Positions 62,101-64,000 of a DNA stretch of 64,000 bases are shown here, piece by piece (the first letter of the stretch is position 1; the number at the start of each line of letters is the position of its first letter). The translations under genes and the position numbers were made by a program. The notes under the pieces are model-generated. The model was not told where the DNA came from. It made no database searches and worked only from the letters and a program-made list of their open reading frames with translations. This stretch comes from Glaucostegus cemiculus (lineage: Eukaryota): assembly GCA_976551045.1 (NCBI GenBank), contig CDPCPM010000736.1, positions 434,001 through 498,000 on the forward strand. The letters are read 5' to 3'.

Positions 62101-63209
62101 ACAAAACGAAAACAGACTATAACGTGATAAGAACATCTCCTTCAGGAAATAACTGAAGGGGAGACAGGTAAATCTCCATGGAGGATTTCCAAAAGTTGCA
62201 AACGGACATAACGTGACCTTTTCATTCCATTATTTGACCCCAAATACGAAATGCAGCAAAGCGAACAGTTTCTAAAGATTTAAGCTGTTGCTTCATTAGT
62301 ATCAATACGTTTGCAGGCCCGTTCTTTCTACAAACGAGTTTCCGGGAATATCATGCATTCCTGCCTCTATGCATGCCGTGCTTTCACGCCCGACTTGACA
62401 CAGACTGAGAAAAGGGATCAAATAGTGGAATTCCGAGAACGTTTCCCTCCAGATGACCAGAATCTGTTGTGGCAGGAAGTAGGGAAAGCCACAACTATTG
62501 TGAAGTAATGATGTACAGGATCAAACTTCAAGCACTTCGATATTTTAAAAAAATCCCCAAAGAGAAAAGTGAACGCGTTCCAGAAAGCTAACTGGATCCA
62601 CGTTTCCTAAAAAAGGGATAAAGTTCATATAAATCCCTCAATAACAATCCCCAGAGCAAAAGCTGCAATAATGGAGGTGAACGCTAGGTGCCACTGCACC
62701 GCCGCCTCCAGTCTCTCCCACACAATACAGCTCTGCTTGGTTGTGGGGCTGGGGCCCCCCATTACACACAAGGCTTACACACAAGGACTTGACGGGGAGG
62801 AGCAACACAGATTCCTGATCCAAGCATTCCAGTACATCCAATCATTCAGAGCCAATTCTATTCTATTCCACAGTGGAGCCAAGGCTGAGGCCTTAACTGG
62901 GTCCTGGTCCTTAATATTTCTTATTGATTAGAATGCAGCAAAAGCTCAGGGATGCTCCGAGCTTCGCTACCTCTGTACAGGAGGCCGGTATCAGCGTGTA
63001 GTCTGGGAGCTTCTGAAAAGCCTAGAAGGACAAAAAAACATGTTGAAAGCAAAATAGCTACTAACCGTTTGCAGCTCGATTCCTCAATTAAAAACACCAC
63101 TTCCTCCGGCACTTTTATTCCACTTAGAACCTCGTGTACATTAAATATGAGCTTTTGATTTCTTGCTCTACCTCCTTGCAGCCCTTACCCTACACTTTGT
63201 AATTGACGC

Positions 63210-63880
63210 TATAGCCAGTCATACGGTATGGAAACACCCTTCCGCCCAACTCGTCCATACTGGCAGTAACCCAGCGAGCCAGTCCCATCTGCCTGCATTT
63301 GGCCCATAGCCCTCTGAACCTCTCCTATCCATGGACTTATCTAGATGGCTTTTAAATGTTGTAATGTGCCCACCTCAACCATTTCTGGCAGCTTGTTCCA
63401 AATACACACCACCCTCTGTAACAGCTGCACCTGAAGTCTCTCTCCCCTCAAACCTATGCCCTTTTGTTTTAATAACACACCCTCTCCTTGGGGGGGAAAG
63501 ACTGTGCACTTTCATCCTATTCACTTCATGACCTTGTATTCCTCAACCAGGTCACCACTCAACAAGCTGCCTTCCAGGGATGGAAGTCCTAGTCTACACA
63601 CCCTCTCCTTGTAACTCAATAACCCCATCCTCCTTTCTCCCCCCCACCAAATCCAGGCAACATCCTGGTAAATCTTTACTGAACTCTTTCTAGCTTAAGA
63701 ACATCTTTCCAATAACAGGGTGACCAAAACTGTACACAATGCTCCAAGCGTGGCCACACCAACATCTAGTGGAACTGCAACACAATTTCCCCAACTCCTA
63801 TCCTCAGTGCCCTGACTGAGGGCAAGTGCCAAATGCCTTCACTGCCCTGTACCCGTGGCATTGCTTTCAGCAAACTTTAT
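63210..63880 (-). mobile_element. Degraded CR1 LINE 3' fragment
   Basis: ccaggcaacatcctggtaaatct..cagggtgaccaaaactgtacacaatgctccaagcgtggcc. Confidence 0.75.
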
Positions 63881-64000
63881 TCTGCATAGCTTTCCTTTAC
63901 ACTACCTCGACACACTTGCACAGAATGACACATCTGGATGGCACGCAAACAACACCTTTCACTGGATCTCAGAGCATGTGACAATAAATCAATTACCAAA

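Overview
Eukaryotic vertebrate genomic DNA, most likely from a cartilaginous fish (shark or ray). That assignment is inferred from the repeat content: V-domain tRNA-SINEs, CR1 and Rex1/Babar LINEs, Penelope-derived repeats and LF-SINE-like elements. The window holds a cluster of four spliced immunoglobulin-superfamily receptor genes. Their V domains are germline-joined VJ-type, each on a single exon, and resemble NKp30 (NCR3). I reconstructed the exons by hand from GT-AG sites and intron phases. Gene A (-): leader 11258-11300, three tandem 345-nt V exons (9373-9717, 7405-7749, 6346-6690) and a Lys-bearing TM/short-tail exon 2638-2795. Gene B (-): leader 21263-21305, V 20082-20432, Lys-bearing TM/short tail 18516-18697. 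Gene C (-): leader 43426-43468, V 40270-40620, uncharged TM 36883-37020, micro-exons, and a last exon 31088-31378 with two ITIMs (IVYAQL, VVYAAV). Gene D (+): leader 53282-53339, V 53909-54244, stalk-Cys/TM 55258-55380, tail unresolved. The main candidate system is an activating/inhibitory paired-receptor cluster. Gene A looks chimeric (C-type leader and V on a B-type TM exon) and carries three phase-compatible V cassettes with signs of gene conversion. The rest is transposon debris, including two solo LTRs with 5-bp TSDs (one interrupted by a LINE) and a near-full-length degraded CR1 inside gene C, plus four assembly gaps. No prokaryotic features, rRNA, genuine tRNA or CRISPR were seen. Protein-family assignments rest on remembered motifs, not on database searches.
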